Assembly: GCA_008297865.1 (NCBI GenBank)
Contig: VBQI01000010.1
Span: 1 to 41,369 of the forward strand
DNA from: Thermoplasmata archaeon
GTDB lineage: Archaea > Thermoplasmatota > E2 > UBA202 > JdFR-43
Length of the DNA: 41,369 bases
Direction: 5' to 3'
Shown here piece by piece: positions 8,273 to 16,809 of the stretch. Every line of letters begins with the position of its first letter. The stretch's first letter is position 1. The translations under genes and the position numbers were made by a program. The notes below the pieces were generated by a model that saw only the letters and a program-made list of their open reading frames with translations, ran no database searches and was not told the origin of the DNA.

Positions 8273-9589
8273 ATGTTTAAACTGAGAATTGCAACAAAGC
8301 AAATAGAGGCAAAGCTTCGTAAAACTGCAGAGGAATTTAAAAAGAACCCATATAAAGTTATTCCAAAATGTAACGGAAAATGCTCGTCATGTTATTTTGA
8401 AAAAATAAGAGATGATGTTGCAAAACTTAAGGAAGAGAAGTATTTGGAGAAGATGGCAAAGAAAAAAAATTTTGTTGCTGCTTTGGCAACAACAATGCTT
8501 CTTGCAGACCAAAAAATTCCATATATTGCCGTCATGAAATTTGGAAATGAAAATGTATATTATGCAAAAAGAGGAAAGGTGAAAGATGAAATTCTTGCTG
8601 GTTTACAAAATTGGGATAAGCCCCACATAAGGATGTTGGCATATAGGGAAATTGCTAAAAAGAAAAAACTCAACATTTTTTCTCTTCCTGAAAAAGTTTT
8701 ATGTTCAGAAAATGTTCCGGAAGAATTTTTAGATTTTCTTTCAAAAAAATTTTCATGCGATGAAGAGGAATATGTAAAGCTGAAATGGAAAGGAAGAGAA
8801 ATAAAAGTTTGCAAAAATGAAAATTCTCTTGTAAAGATGAAGCAGTATTTCTACTATCCATCTTTTGATGATGAGATAGAAATAGAAGCTATTATAAAAA
8901 AAATTGAATGCAAAAATGAATGCAATGAGTGCGTCATAAAGGATGCATTAAATGCAAAAATTGATGATACAGCATATAGAGCTGGGAATATGAGTGATAA
9001 AGCTTTTGTGGAAAATTCGAAAAAGAAAGTGATGTGGAAGATTGAAGCAAAAAGAGTATTTATTATTGGAGATAAATGTTATGGAGAGAATAAGGAACTC
9101 TTTGTAGAGCAACTGAAACCGAAGGAATGGGAAAAAGATGTATTGATGGATATTATAAGAAAAGAGAGAAAAGCTATCATTGTAGATACCCCATCTGCAG
9201 CAAAATTACTTGAAAAATATGGTATTTCATCCCAAAAATTGAAGGAAGAATATGAAATGAAAGAAAAGAAGAAAATATTGAGCAGTTTACCAAACGTTGA
9301 AGGAGAAGGTATAGCAAAATTTGCAGATAGACTGGCAAGAATATATAAAGTCGGAGGAAGGGATGGAATACTTAGAGAGCTAAGGGGGTTAAAGATGGAT
9401 GTGAAAGAAAAGGCAGTTGCATATGCCTTTTTATTTACTCTTGGGTTGAAGGGAGAGGAGTGGAAGTATAGTAAAATGGAAATGGATTTTGGAAGACATT
9501 TAGCAAAGTACGTAAAAAAACTTATTGATACAGAGGGCACAGAATATAAAGAAGCCTTAGAAATTTTGGTAAGAGAAGTAGGTGGTTAA
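8273..9589 (+). CDS. Hypothetical Lys/Glu-rich protein with two CX3CX2C motifs
   Basis: Intact 438-aa ORF with CNGKCSSC (nt 8369-8392) and CKNECNEC (nt 8909-8932). Its stop is directly followed by the Nudix ATG. No family recognised. Confidence 0.6.
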   Translation: MFKLRIATKQIEAKLRKTAEEFKKNPYKVIPKCNGKCSSCYFEKIRDDVAKLKEEKYLEKMAKKKNFVAALATTMLLADQKIPYIAVMKFGNENVYYAKRGKVKDEILAGLQNWDKPHIRMLAYREIAKKKKLNIFSLPEKVLCSENVPEEFLDFLSKKFSCDEEEYVKLKWKGREIKVCKNENSLVKMKQYFYYPSFDDEIEIEAIIKKIECKNECNECVIKDALNAKIDDTAYRAGNMSDKAFVENSKKKVMWKIEAKRVFIIGDKCYGENKELFVEQLKPKEWEKDVLMDIIRKERKAIIVDTPSAAKLLEKYGISSQKLKEEYEMKEKKKILSSLPNVEGEGIAKFADRLARIYKVGGRDGILRELRGLKMDVKEKAVAYAFLFTLGLKGEEWKYSKMEMDFGRHLAKYVKKLIDTEGTEYKEALEILVREVGG

Positions 9590-10009
9590 ATGCCAGTTGA
9601 AAAGTCTTGTGGGGCAATTATTTTCAAAGATGGAAAATACTTGCTCCTTAAATACGAATGGGGACATTGGGGGTTTGTTAAAGGCAATATCGAGAAAAAT
9701 GAAGGTCTTGAAGAAACTTTTTTTAGAGAGGCTGAAGAAGAGGCAGGACTGAAAAGAGAAGAGCTAGTCGTTATAGAGGGATTCAAAGAAAAAATAAACT
9801 ATTTTTACAGAAAAGAGGGCAAGACAATTTATAAAGAAGTTATATACTTGCTTGCGGAGAGCAAAACTTTTAATGTAAAGCTTTCTTACGAGCATACAGA
9901 TTATGCATGGCTTGGATATGAAGAAGCGTTAAAAAAAATAACATATGAAAATGACAGGGATGTTTTGAGAAAAGCCCATAAATTCCTAATGAAAAGTGGA
10001 TTGATATAA
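9590..10009 (+). CDS. Nudix hydrolase
   Basis: Complete Nudix box GNIEKNEGLEETFFREAEEEAGL (GX5EX7REUXEEXGU) in a 139-aa protein. Confidence 0.9.
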   Translation: MPVEKSCGAIIFKDGKYLLLKYEWGHWGFVKGNIEKNEGLEETFFREAEEEAGLKREELVVIEGFKEKINYFYRKEGKTIYKEVIYLLAESKTFNVKLSYEHTDYAWLGYEEALKKITYENDRDVLRKAHKFLMKSGLI

Positions 10010-10513
10010 GATGGATACTATTTCTTTTTTAACTTCTTTGCGATTTTCTGGAGTCAGGTATACAACTTTCGTATCTTCTCTTTTCTTAATCTTATCTGTA
10101 AATGGATTGTGAGATAGCATTATTGTTCCTAAAACGTTATTCTCGCTGTCCAATGCACTTAAAACTGCTTCCTTAAATTTTTCAGAGAGTAGTTCCATCT
10201 TTCCAATTTCGTCAATTACAATGACTTTCTTTCTCAAGGAATTCAGGATAGATTTAACTCCAATTTCCTCTAAGCTTTTAATATCTACTCCATACTTTGA
10301 AACTTTATATTCGCTATTAATATTCACATGAGCTAAAATCCCTTCCTTCCCGTCTAAGGTTATAATTTTGAATCCTTTTCTAATTCCCTTCTCTCTTATT
10401 TCTGTGGTATAAAAACCTCCAGCATCCAAGTTTAATTCCTCAATAATTTGCTTTATTAAAGTGGTTTTTCCACAGCCTGGCTTGCCGGTAATAAAAATGT
10501 TTTTTGTGTGCAT
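9986..10513 (-). CDS. Nucleoside-triphosphatase, THEP1 family
   Basis: The N-terminus IFITGKPGCGKTTLIKQI (Walker A), GFYTTEIRE and VIVIDEIGKMEL (Walker B), together with the 175-aa size, are typical of archaeal THEP1 NTPases. Confidence 0.85.
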   Translation of the reverse strand: MHTKNIFITGKPGCGKTTLIKQIIEELNLDAGGFYTTEIREKGIRKGFKIITLDGKEGILAHVNINSEYKVSKYGVDIKSLEEIGVKSILNSLRKKVIVIDEIGKMELLSEKFKEAVLSALDSENNVLGTIMLSHNPFTDKIKKREDTKVVYLTPENRKEVKKEIVSILYQSTFH

Positions 10514-10534
10514 GAAATAAAATACACTTTACTT

Positions 10535-11128
10535 TTATTTATGCTTGCCCGATTTTCTCGCTGAAATAGACATTATTGTCACTGCGGTCACAAACAAAAT
10601 AACTTCAAATCCTGGGATTCCTTTTTTCTCTTTCTCCTTTTGTACTTCAATGAAAAACTATGAAACGTTGCTTCCAGTATTTACTTCCATTTATTGGATA
10701 TTCAATGTTAATGTTAGGTGGTTCAATATCTGGATAATAAAAAATCACTATTTCATCAAACCCAGTTGCTCCACATGCTCCTCTTGCACCCACATTTATG
10801 CTGTTTAACCCTTCATGCAATGTAATTGGAAATTCAAATTCGTAAGATGAAATGGGCGTTTCAATAAACCGTGAATTGCTATCACTCCCATTTTCCCATT
10901 CATGAACATAGTCGAGATATACTATTCCACATTCTTCTTCTGCATATATCCAGAAATAGTTATTTCTGGATTTGTAAATACACTTTCATTTTGAGGAGAG
11001 GATATATCGACTATGCAAGTACATTGAGCAGAGCCTTTCATTGCCAGGTTTTCATTATTTATTGATACATGGAGAATGCTCACAAATACCAACACCACGA
11101 AAAAAATCAACAATTTTCTTATTTTCAT
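10535..11128 (-). pseudogene. Secreted Ig-like protein with PGF-CTERM sorting signal, interrupted by two frameshifts
   Basis: There are three collinear coding pieces in three frames. Piece 1 is signal peptide plus ITISGY (11128-10922). Piece 2 is AEEECGIVYLDYVHEWENGSDS...KQRFIVFH, with its stop at 10647-10649. Piece 3 is FFIEVQKEKEKKGIPGFEVILFVTAVTIMSISARKSGKHK (10657-10535). Confidence 0.7.
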
Positions 11129-11268
11129 ATTTGCGCCTCAATTCTGTAGTTATTCGCTGTTTATAAAGCTATTTTCAATTTTTGTTTACTTTGTTTATCT
11201 GATTTCATTACTTGTTGCTAGGGAACGATTTATCATAAATCTTATAACGATAGTCTTTATTATCTTAA

Positions 11269-12906
11269 ATGCTCCGCATACAAGAAATTGCAACAAAAAT
11301 TGGCATAAGACAAAAAGAGCTTATTCCATATGGCAAATATAAGGCTAAAGTTGACATTGACATTTTTAATAGAGTGGGCAAAAGGGAAGATGGGAAACTT
11401 ATTTTAGTTACCACAATAAATCCAACTTTCGAGGGCGAAGGAAAAACAACCATAACGATAGGCTTAGCCCAGGCTTTAGCCAAATTAGGCAAAAAAGTTT
11501 GTCTTGCCATCAGAGAGCCAAGCATTGGTCCAGTGATGGGAATAAAAGGCGGCGGAACAGGCGGAGGCAGAAGCCAAGTTATGCCAGCAGAAGATATAAA
11601 TCTGCATTTTACTGGTGATATGCATGCAGTGAGCATTGCCCATAATCTTCTTTCTGCTTTGCTTGACAATCACATTTTCCATGGAGATGCATTTCATATT
11701 GATCCTCGCTACATTGTATGGCCACGAGTAATTGATATGAGCGATAGAAATCTGAGAAATGTAGTTGTTGGTTTAGGCGGGCCAAAAGATGGCGTGCCTC
11801 ATCAAGATAGATTTTCGATTACTGCTGCAAGTGAGATAATGGCTATTTTGTGCCTTAGCCAGAGTATGAAAGAACTTAAGGAAAGGCTTTCAAAAATCAT
11901 AGTTGCCTATTCATATGATGAGAAGCCAATAACAGCTTCTCAGCTAAATGCTGTTGGTGCAATGGCAGCTTTGCTTAAGGATGCAATAAAGCCAAACTTG
12001 GTGCAGACTACAGAACATGTGCCTGCTTTTGTTCATGGCGGTCCCTTCGCCAATATTGCTCATGGAACAAGTAGCTTAATAGCGACAAAACTTGGGCTTA
12101 AGCTTGCTGATTATTTTGTTACAGAAGCAGGTTTTGGAACTGATTTGGGGGCAGAGAAATTCTTCAACATTGTCTGCAGATATGGGATAAAGCCGAGCGT
12201 TGTCGTTTTAGTTGTTTCTCTAAAGGCATTGAAATGGCATGGGGGGATGGATCTTGAAGATGCTAAGAAAGGAAAGAAAAGCTTGAAAGCATTAAAAAAG
12301 GGACTGAAAAATTTAGAGAAGCATATCGAAAACATACAACTTTTTGGATTACCACTTGTAATAACTTTAAACAAATTCCCTAATGACGGTGATGAGGAAA
12401 TAGAAGTAGTGGAAAAATTTGCTGAAAAGCTTGGCTTGCCTTTTGCAGTTGCAGAAGTATATAGTCGGGGAGGAGAGGGGGGAATAGAACTTGCTGGCAA
12501 AATCGTGGACACGCTTTATAACCAAAAACCAAAATTCAGATTTTTATATGAGCTTGATATGTCCGTCAAAGAAAAGATAGAGACGATAGCCAGAAAAATT
12601 TATGGAGCAGGAAAAATAGTTTATAGCCTAACTGCTGAAGATGATCTACGTATCATCAATAAGCTTGAGTTGCATACTCTGCCAATTTGCATGGCTAAAA
12701 CTCCCTATAGCTTATCTGATGATTCAAGCCTGCGAGGAAAACCAGAAGGCTTTAAAATAACAATAAAAGAAATTCGCATTTCGGCAGGAGCGGGCTTCCT
12801 TGTTCCAATAACAGGAAAGATAACAACAATGCCAGGATTGCCAGCTAAGCCAGCGGCAGAAAAAATAGATGTTGATGAAAAGGGCAGAATTATAGGAATA
12901 GAATAA
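11269..12906 (+). CDS. fhs: Formate--tetrahydrofolate ligase
   Basis: Matches along the full length: YGKYKAKV, PTFEGEGKTTITIGL, EPSIGPVMGIKGGGTGGG, VHGGPFANIAHG and CMAKTPYSLSDD. Confidence 0.95.
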   Translation: MLRIQEIATKIGIRQKELIPYGKYKAKVDIDIFNRVGKREDGKLILVTTINPTFEGEGKTTITIGLAQALAKLGKKVCLAIREPSIGPVMGIKGGGTGGGRSQVMPAEDINLHFTGDMHAVSIAHNLLSALLDNHIFHGDAFHIDPRYIVWPRVIDMSDRNLRNVVVGLGGPKDGVPHQDRFSITAASEIMAILCLSQSMKELKERLSKIIVAYSYDEKPITASQLNAVGAMAALLKDAIKPNLVQTTEHVPAFVHGGPFANIAHGTSSLIATKLGLKLADYFVTEAGFGTDLGAEKFFNIVCRYGIKPSVVVLVVSLKALKWHGGMDLEDAKKGKKSLKALKKGLKNLEKHIENIQLFGLPLVITLNKFPNDGDEEIEVVEKFAEKLGLPFAVAEVYSRGGEGGIELAGKIVDTLYNQKPKFRFLYELDMSVKEKIETIARKIYGAGKIVYSLTAEDDLRIINKLELHTLPICMAKTPYSLSDDSSLRGKPEGFKITIKEIRISAGAGFLVPITGKITTMPGLPAKPAAEKIDVDEKGRIIGIE

Positions 12907-12908
12907 TG

Positions 12909-13961
12909 TTATTTTTTAAACATATAGAAGGCAGCAAGAAGTATAACGAGCATGCCAAAAGATATTGCCATTGCATTTCCAACCAAATTTTCTACAATAA
13001 ATGCAATGCTTACCTCATATTCACTGAAATGAGGAATACTAATCAAAATAAATACCCCTTCTTCTGACTGTAGTTGATAGTATTCCGGATATATTTTATC
13101 ATCGTTTGGATTAAGAACGTCCTCAAAACTGCTTGCCTTGTTAATTTCTTTTCCATCAAACCTCACTTCAATTTTGTCAGAAAGACATATTTTTTTGCCC
13201 AAATTTACTTTTACTACCTTCCCTCCAGAGACATTTTCTCCTCTTATTTTTAGAACTATTTTTCCCTCCCGAAGTTCGATAGGTTGTATGGAGATATTTC
13301 CGAAATATGATATGCAGTCAGTCTCATTTTTCTCATCGTATCCAACAATTGTTATCTCTCCTCCTATGTATTTATTTCTGAAAGCATCTTCAATTTTCTT
13401 TTCATCTTCCCCACCTATTAAGCTGTAGCTAAATAGCATTATGCATCCATAGGCAGTTATATTTCTATCTATGCTCAACGGATTATTGCTTATAAGAATA
13501 GCACTGAAATTCCCTCCTTCTAACTTTATCATATGGGCATCTGTTGCATTGATATCATATTTTAGTTTACTCAAAATTATTTTATCCGCTCTCACTTCCA
13601 AAAACCTTGCAGGTGTGTTATGCAATTCAATTAGACATCCATCATATTCTAAGGTGAGAGCACTTCCTTTTATAGTAATTGGCATGATTGCCTTTTTTAT
13701 TTCCTCTCTTAGCAAGGGATTTCTTTCAAGCAATGTATCAAAAAATTTTATGGATATTTCAATTGAATCATTTTCATAAATTATGTCCATTACATGCCTA
13801 CCTTGAGAAAAACAGGATATTACTCCTTCAAATCCAGCTATCAGGTATTCTCCTTCTATTTTACTCCCATCCATAATTTGGAATCCTCCTAGTTCAAATG
13901 CTGAAACAGCGGGAAATGCTAATAATAGGGGAAATGCTAAAGCTAGTACAACAAGTTTCAC
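12909..13961 (-). CDS. Hypothetical secreted or surface protein with a C-terminal TM anchor and many N-x-S/T sequons
   Basis: Signal peptide MKLVVLALAFPLLLAFPAVSA and C-terminal TM segment MLVILLAAFYMFKK. No family recognised. Confidence 0.6.
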   Translation of the reverse strand: MKLVVLALAFPLLLAFPAVSAFELGGFQIMDGSKIEGEYLIAGFEGVISCFSQGRHVMDIIYENDSIEISIKFFDTLLERNPLLREEIKKAIMPITIKGSALTLEYDGCLIELHNTPARFLEVRADKIILSKLKYDINATDAHMIKLEGGNFSAILISNNPLSIDRNITAYGCIMLFSYSLIGGEDEKKIEDAFRNKYIGGEITIVGYDEKNETDCISYFGNISIQPIELREGKIVLKIRGENVSGGKVVKVNLGKKICLSDKIEVRFDGKEINKASSFEDVLNPNDDKIYPEYYQLQSEEGVFILISIPHFSEYEVSIAFIVENLVGNAMAISFGMLVILLAAFYMFKK

Positions 13962-14002
13962 ATTTCTTTATACATTCCTATTTTATAAAGAGTCTCGTGC
14001 AA

Positions 14003-14908
14003 TTATCGAATTCTATGTAGTAAAGATGCTATAAGCATAGGAAATATGACTGTGGCGTCTCCCTCTATGCTCACATGCTTTGCTTTTTCCTTAACCTTGC
14101 CCCAAGAAATTGCCTCTTTTACTCTTGCTCCTGAAAGAGAGCCATCCCATTCTGGAGCAGAAGTAATGTAAATTGCCGCATCCAGCCCATTATGAAATTG
14201 AGCCCACCATATTAAATGATGTTTTGCTATTCCTCCACCGAGGACAATGCCTCCTATTTTTCTCTCATTAAAAAAAATTTTTGATAACTCATTTTCATCT
14301 TTTAACATATCTATTTCAATTTTCTTTTCTTGACCGAGCATCCAAATTTGCCAGCCGACTGCCCCATCTAAAATAGCAGGAATATATATTGGAATTTTAT
14401 TTTTCCATGTCCAATATAAGATTGAATCTTCTCCTAGTCTTTTTCCTATTTCCCATGCAATTTCTCTACTTCCAAATTTTCCTTCTTTTTCTCCAAAAAA
14501 CTCTCTTATTTTTTCTTCTATTATCATTCCATAACTTTCATTTGGAACAAATATGTTTCCAAGCCTATTTATACCCTTTTTGTGTAATTCCACATCATCT
14601 GCATCAAATGAGCCATGATAGTATTTTTTGAAGCTTCTCGCCAAATCATGGTCTAAAGTTCCGCATGTCGTTATAATTGCATCGACGATACACTCTTTTA
14701 CCATCTCCTTAATCACACCCCTCACTCCAGTTGCAACTATGCATGCGGGAAATGTAAGAAAAATGAAATAATTTTCTTTCACCATCTCCTCTAATATGTA
14801 AGAAGCTTCACCAATTTTTTTTGCAGTAAAACCTCCGGCCTCATAAAATTGCTTCACCAAGTCATCAACGCTCTTTACATTTTTTATATCAATATCTTCA
14901 ACGAACAT
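14003..14908 (-). CDS. dys: Deoxyhypusine synthase
   Basis: GGFTAKKIGEA, TTCGTLDHD, GGGIAKHH and SWGKV blocks are typical of the deoxyhypusine synthase family. Confidence 0.88.
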   Translation of the reverse strand: MFVEDIDIKNVKSVDDLVKQFYEAGGFTAKKIGEASYILEEMVKENYFIFLTFPACIVATGVRGVIKEMVKECIVDAIITTCGTLDHDLARSFKKYYHGSFDADDVELHKKGINRLGNIFVPNESYGMIIEEKIREFFGEKEGKFGSREIAWEIGKRLGEDSILYWTWKNKIPIYIPAILDGAVGWQIWMLGQEKKIEIDMLKDENELSKIFFNERKIGGIVLGGGIAKHHLIWWAQFHNGLDAAIYITSAPEWDGSLSGARVKEAISWGKVKEKAKHVSIEGDATVIFPMLIASLLHRIR

Positions 14909-14954
14909 GAGGATAAACAGAAAAGAATATAAAAAATTAAAGAGGAGGGATTAA

Positions 14955-16580
14955 TTAGAATTCTTCCTCGCCTGTCTCTGGTCCTTTGCCCTTCTCTTTC
15001 GAAACCTCTCTTGCTGCAATTACGTCATCGATACGCAGAATCATTATTGCTGTCTCAGTTGCTGACCTTATTGCTTGTCTGCCTACACGCAATGGCTCGA
15101 GAACATTTAGTTCTTTCATGTCTGCAATTCCTCCTTTGTAGACATCTACCCCATAATGCTTCTTTCCTTCAGCGTGAGCCTTTCTGAGTTCAATAAGAAT
15201 GTCTATTGGATCAATCCCTGCATTTGTTGCCAAAGCACGTGGTACCACCTCTATAGCGTCGGCAAACTTCTCTATCGCAAGTTGTTCCCTTCCTCCTACA
15301 GTTGATGCATATTCTCGCACCGCAAGAGCTATTTCTATTGCCGCAGAGCCGCCACCAGTTGTCATTTTTCCATCTTCAAGTGTTACTGCAATAACGCTCA
15401 ATGCATCATGCAGTCCACGTTCAATTTCATCAACTACATGTTCTGTTCCTCCTCTGATGAGTATGCTTACTGCCTTTGCCTCCTTGCATTCTGTAATGAA
15501 AACCATTTTGTCTTCTCCTATTCTTCTTTCCTCGACCTTTCCTGCACTTCCTAAGTCATCGGGTTTTATTTCATCAAGCTCAGAGAGAATTGAACCTCCT
15601 GTTGCCTTTGCAAGTTTTTCCATGTCAGATTTCTTAACTCTTCTGACTGCAAATATGCCAGCCTTCGCCAAATAATGCTGAGCAAGGTCATCGATTCCCT
15701 TCTGACATATCACAACGTTTGTCCCGCTCTCCTTAATCTTTTCCACCATGTTTCTAATCATTGCTTCCTCTTCTTCTAAGAATTTCTGGAGTTGAGCTGG
15801 ATCTGAAATGCGAATTTGAGCATCTACTTCAGTTTTCTTTACTTCGAGGGCAGTGTTCAGAAGTAAAATCTTTGCATCCTTTACAACAGTTGGCATATCT
15901 GGATGTACTCTTTCCTTATCTAAAATAATACCGTTAACCAATTCTGTATCTTCCACTGAACCTCCCTGTTTCTTTTCTACTTTAATGTTATCTATATCAA
16001 CTTTCATTTCTCCATTTACCTCTTCTGCAACAGAGGTTACTGCCTTATATGCGATTTCTGCAAGCATTTCCTTGTTTGCAGCTGCTACCTTTCCCGTCAT
16101 TGCTGTTTCCGCAATCTTCTTTAATATACCTTCATCAGATGGTTTCACTTCCAATGCAATGCTCTCTAGCACATCGCAAGCTTTCTTGCTTGCCATTCTG
16201 TAACCATCTGCTATTACTGTAGGATGAATATCCTGATCGATTAGATCCTGAGCATATTTCAGCAACTCGCCAGCTAGCACAACCGCAGTCGTTGTGCCGT
16301 CACCGCATTCCTCATCCTGAGCCTTTGCTACTTCTACAATCATTTTGGCTGCTGGGTGTTCAACGTCTATTTCCTTTAGTATAGTGACGCCATCATTTGT
16401 TATAACGACGTCTCCCATGCTGTCTACCAGCATTTTGTCCATTCCCTTTGGTCCCATTGTAGAGCGGACCGCATCGGCAATTGCAATTGCTGCTCTTACG
16501 TTATTATACTGAGCCTCTCTACCCTTTTCTCTTTCAGTCCCTTCCTTCAATATTAAAATTGGTTGTTTTCCTGTCAACAT
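14955..16580 (-). CDS. ths: Thermosome subunit (group II chaperonin)
   Basis: [53 protein letters not shown] and VEPLRV. The protein is 541 aa. GGTGAT lies 5 nt before the ATG. Confidence 0.97.
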   Translation of the reverse strand: MLTGKQPILILKEGTEREKGREAQYNNVRAAIAIADAVRSTMGPKGMDKMLVDSMGDVVITNDGVTILKEIDVEHPAAKMIVEVAKAQDEECGDGTTTAVVLAGELLKYAQDLIDQDIHPTVIADGYRMASKKACDVLESIALEVKPSDEGILKKIAETAMTGKVAAANKEMLAEIAYKAVTSVAEEVNGEMKVDIDNIKVEKKQGGSVEDTELVNGIILDKERVHPDMPTVVKDAKILLLNTALEVKKTEVDAQIRISDPAQLQKFLEEEEAMIRNMVEKIKESGTNVVICQKGIDDLAQHYLAKAGIFAVRRVKKSDMEKLAKATGGSILSELDEIKPDDLGSAGKVEERRIGEDKMVFITECKEAKAVSILIRGGTEHVVDEIERGLHDALSVIAVTLEDGKMTTGGGSAAIEIALAVREYASTVGGREQLAIEKFADAIEVVPRALATNAGIDPIDILIELRKAHAEGKKHYGVDVYKGGIADMKELNVLEPLRVGRQAIRSATETAIMILRIDDVIAAREVSKEKGKGPETGEEEF

Positions 16581-16585
16581 CTTTA

Positions 16586-16622
16586 ATCACCAGAACAGTA
16601 TAATAATTCTTCTATATAAAAT
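16586..16622 (-). promoter_or_regulatory. Thermosome TATA box and Shine-Dalgarno
   Basis: On the minus strand, TTTTATATAGA (16611-16622) is followed by GGTGAT (16586-16591), 5 nt before the ATG at 16580. Confidence 0.5.
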
Positions 16623-16809
16623 TTACTTGTACATTGTTATCAATAAGCAAAATATAATCGTTAACGTCTAATCTTTTTGTGTGTCAATGCTACAACAAAA
16701 TTTTTCCAGAGGGATCAGGTTCTTCATCAACTAATTTACCATCACTATATATCTGTGTTACATTTGCAAAAGTATTCATTTGCACCCATCTTTCTGCAAA
16801 TCCCGTTGA

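Noticed and set aside
8369-8392. Radical-SAM interpretation of the CX3CX2C motif in the 438-aa protein
   Set aside because: The spacing matches, but there is no aromatic residue before the third Cys, no GGE-like SAM-binding motif and no alternating beta/alpha pattern that I can see. I report it only as a metal-binding candidate.
9079-9786. Minus-strand ORFs of 153 aa and 66 aa
   Set aside because: They are antisense to the 438-aa ORF and the Nudix gene, with Ser/Phe/Leu-rich translations that mirror the Lys/Glu-rich sense strand.
10545-11342. Plus-strand ORFs 10545-10808, 10871-11065 and 11076-11342
   Set aside because: They lie opposite the frameshifted PGF-CTERM gene or in its upstream region. 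The minus-strand reading gives a signal peptide, an Ig-like domain and a sorting signal, which is far more coherent.
11265-11697. Minus-strand ORFs (134 aa, 70 aa) at the 5' end of fhs
   Set aside because: They are antisense to formate-THF ligase and show no recognisable motifs.
15199-16203. Plus-strand ORFs of 158 aa and 116 aa inside the thermosome gene
   Set aside because: They are antisense to a very strongly supported CDS, with Ser/Ala/Ile-rich low-complexity translations typical of antisense frames.
16640-16809. 29-codon minus-strand ORF (MNTFANVTQIYSDGKLVDEEPDPSGKILL) and UGAUGA-like boxes between the metalloprotease and thermosome genes
   Set aside because: The ORF is too short and unsupported. 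The box order and spacing do not fit a C/D sRNA (CUGA lies only 5 nt after UGAUGA).
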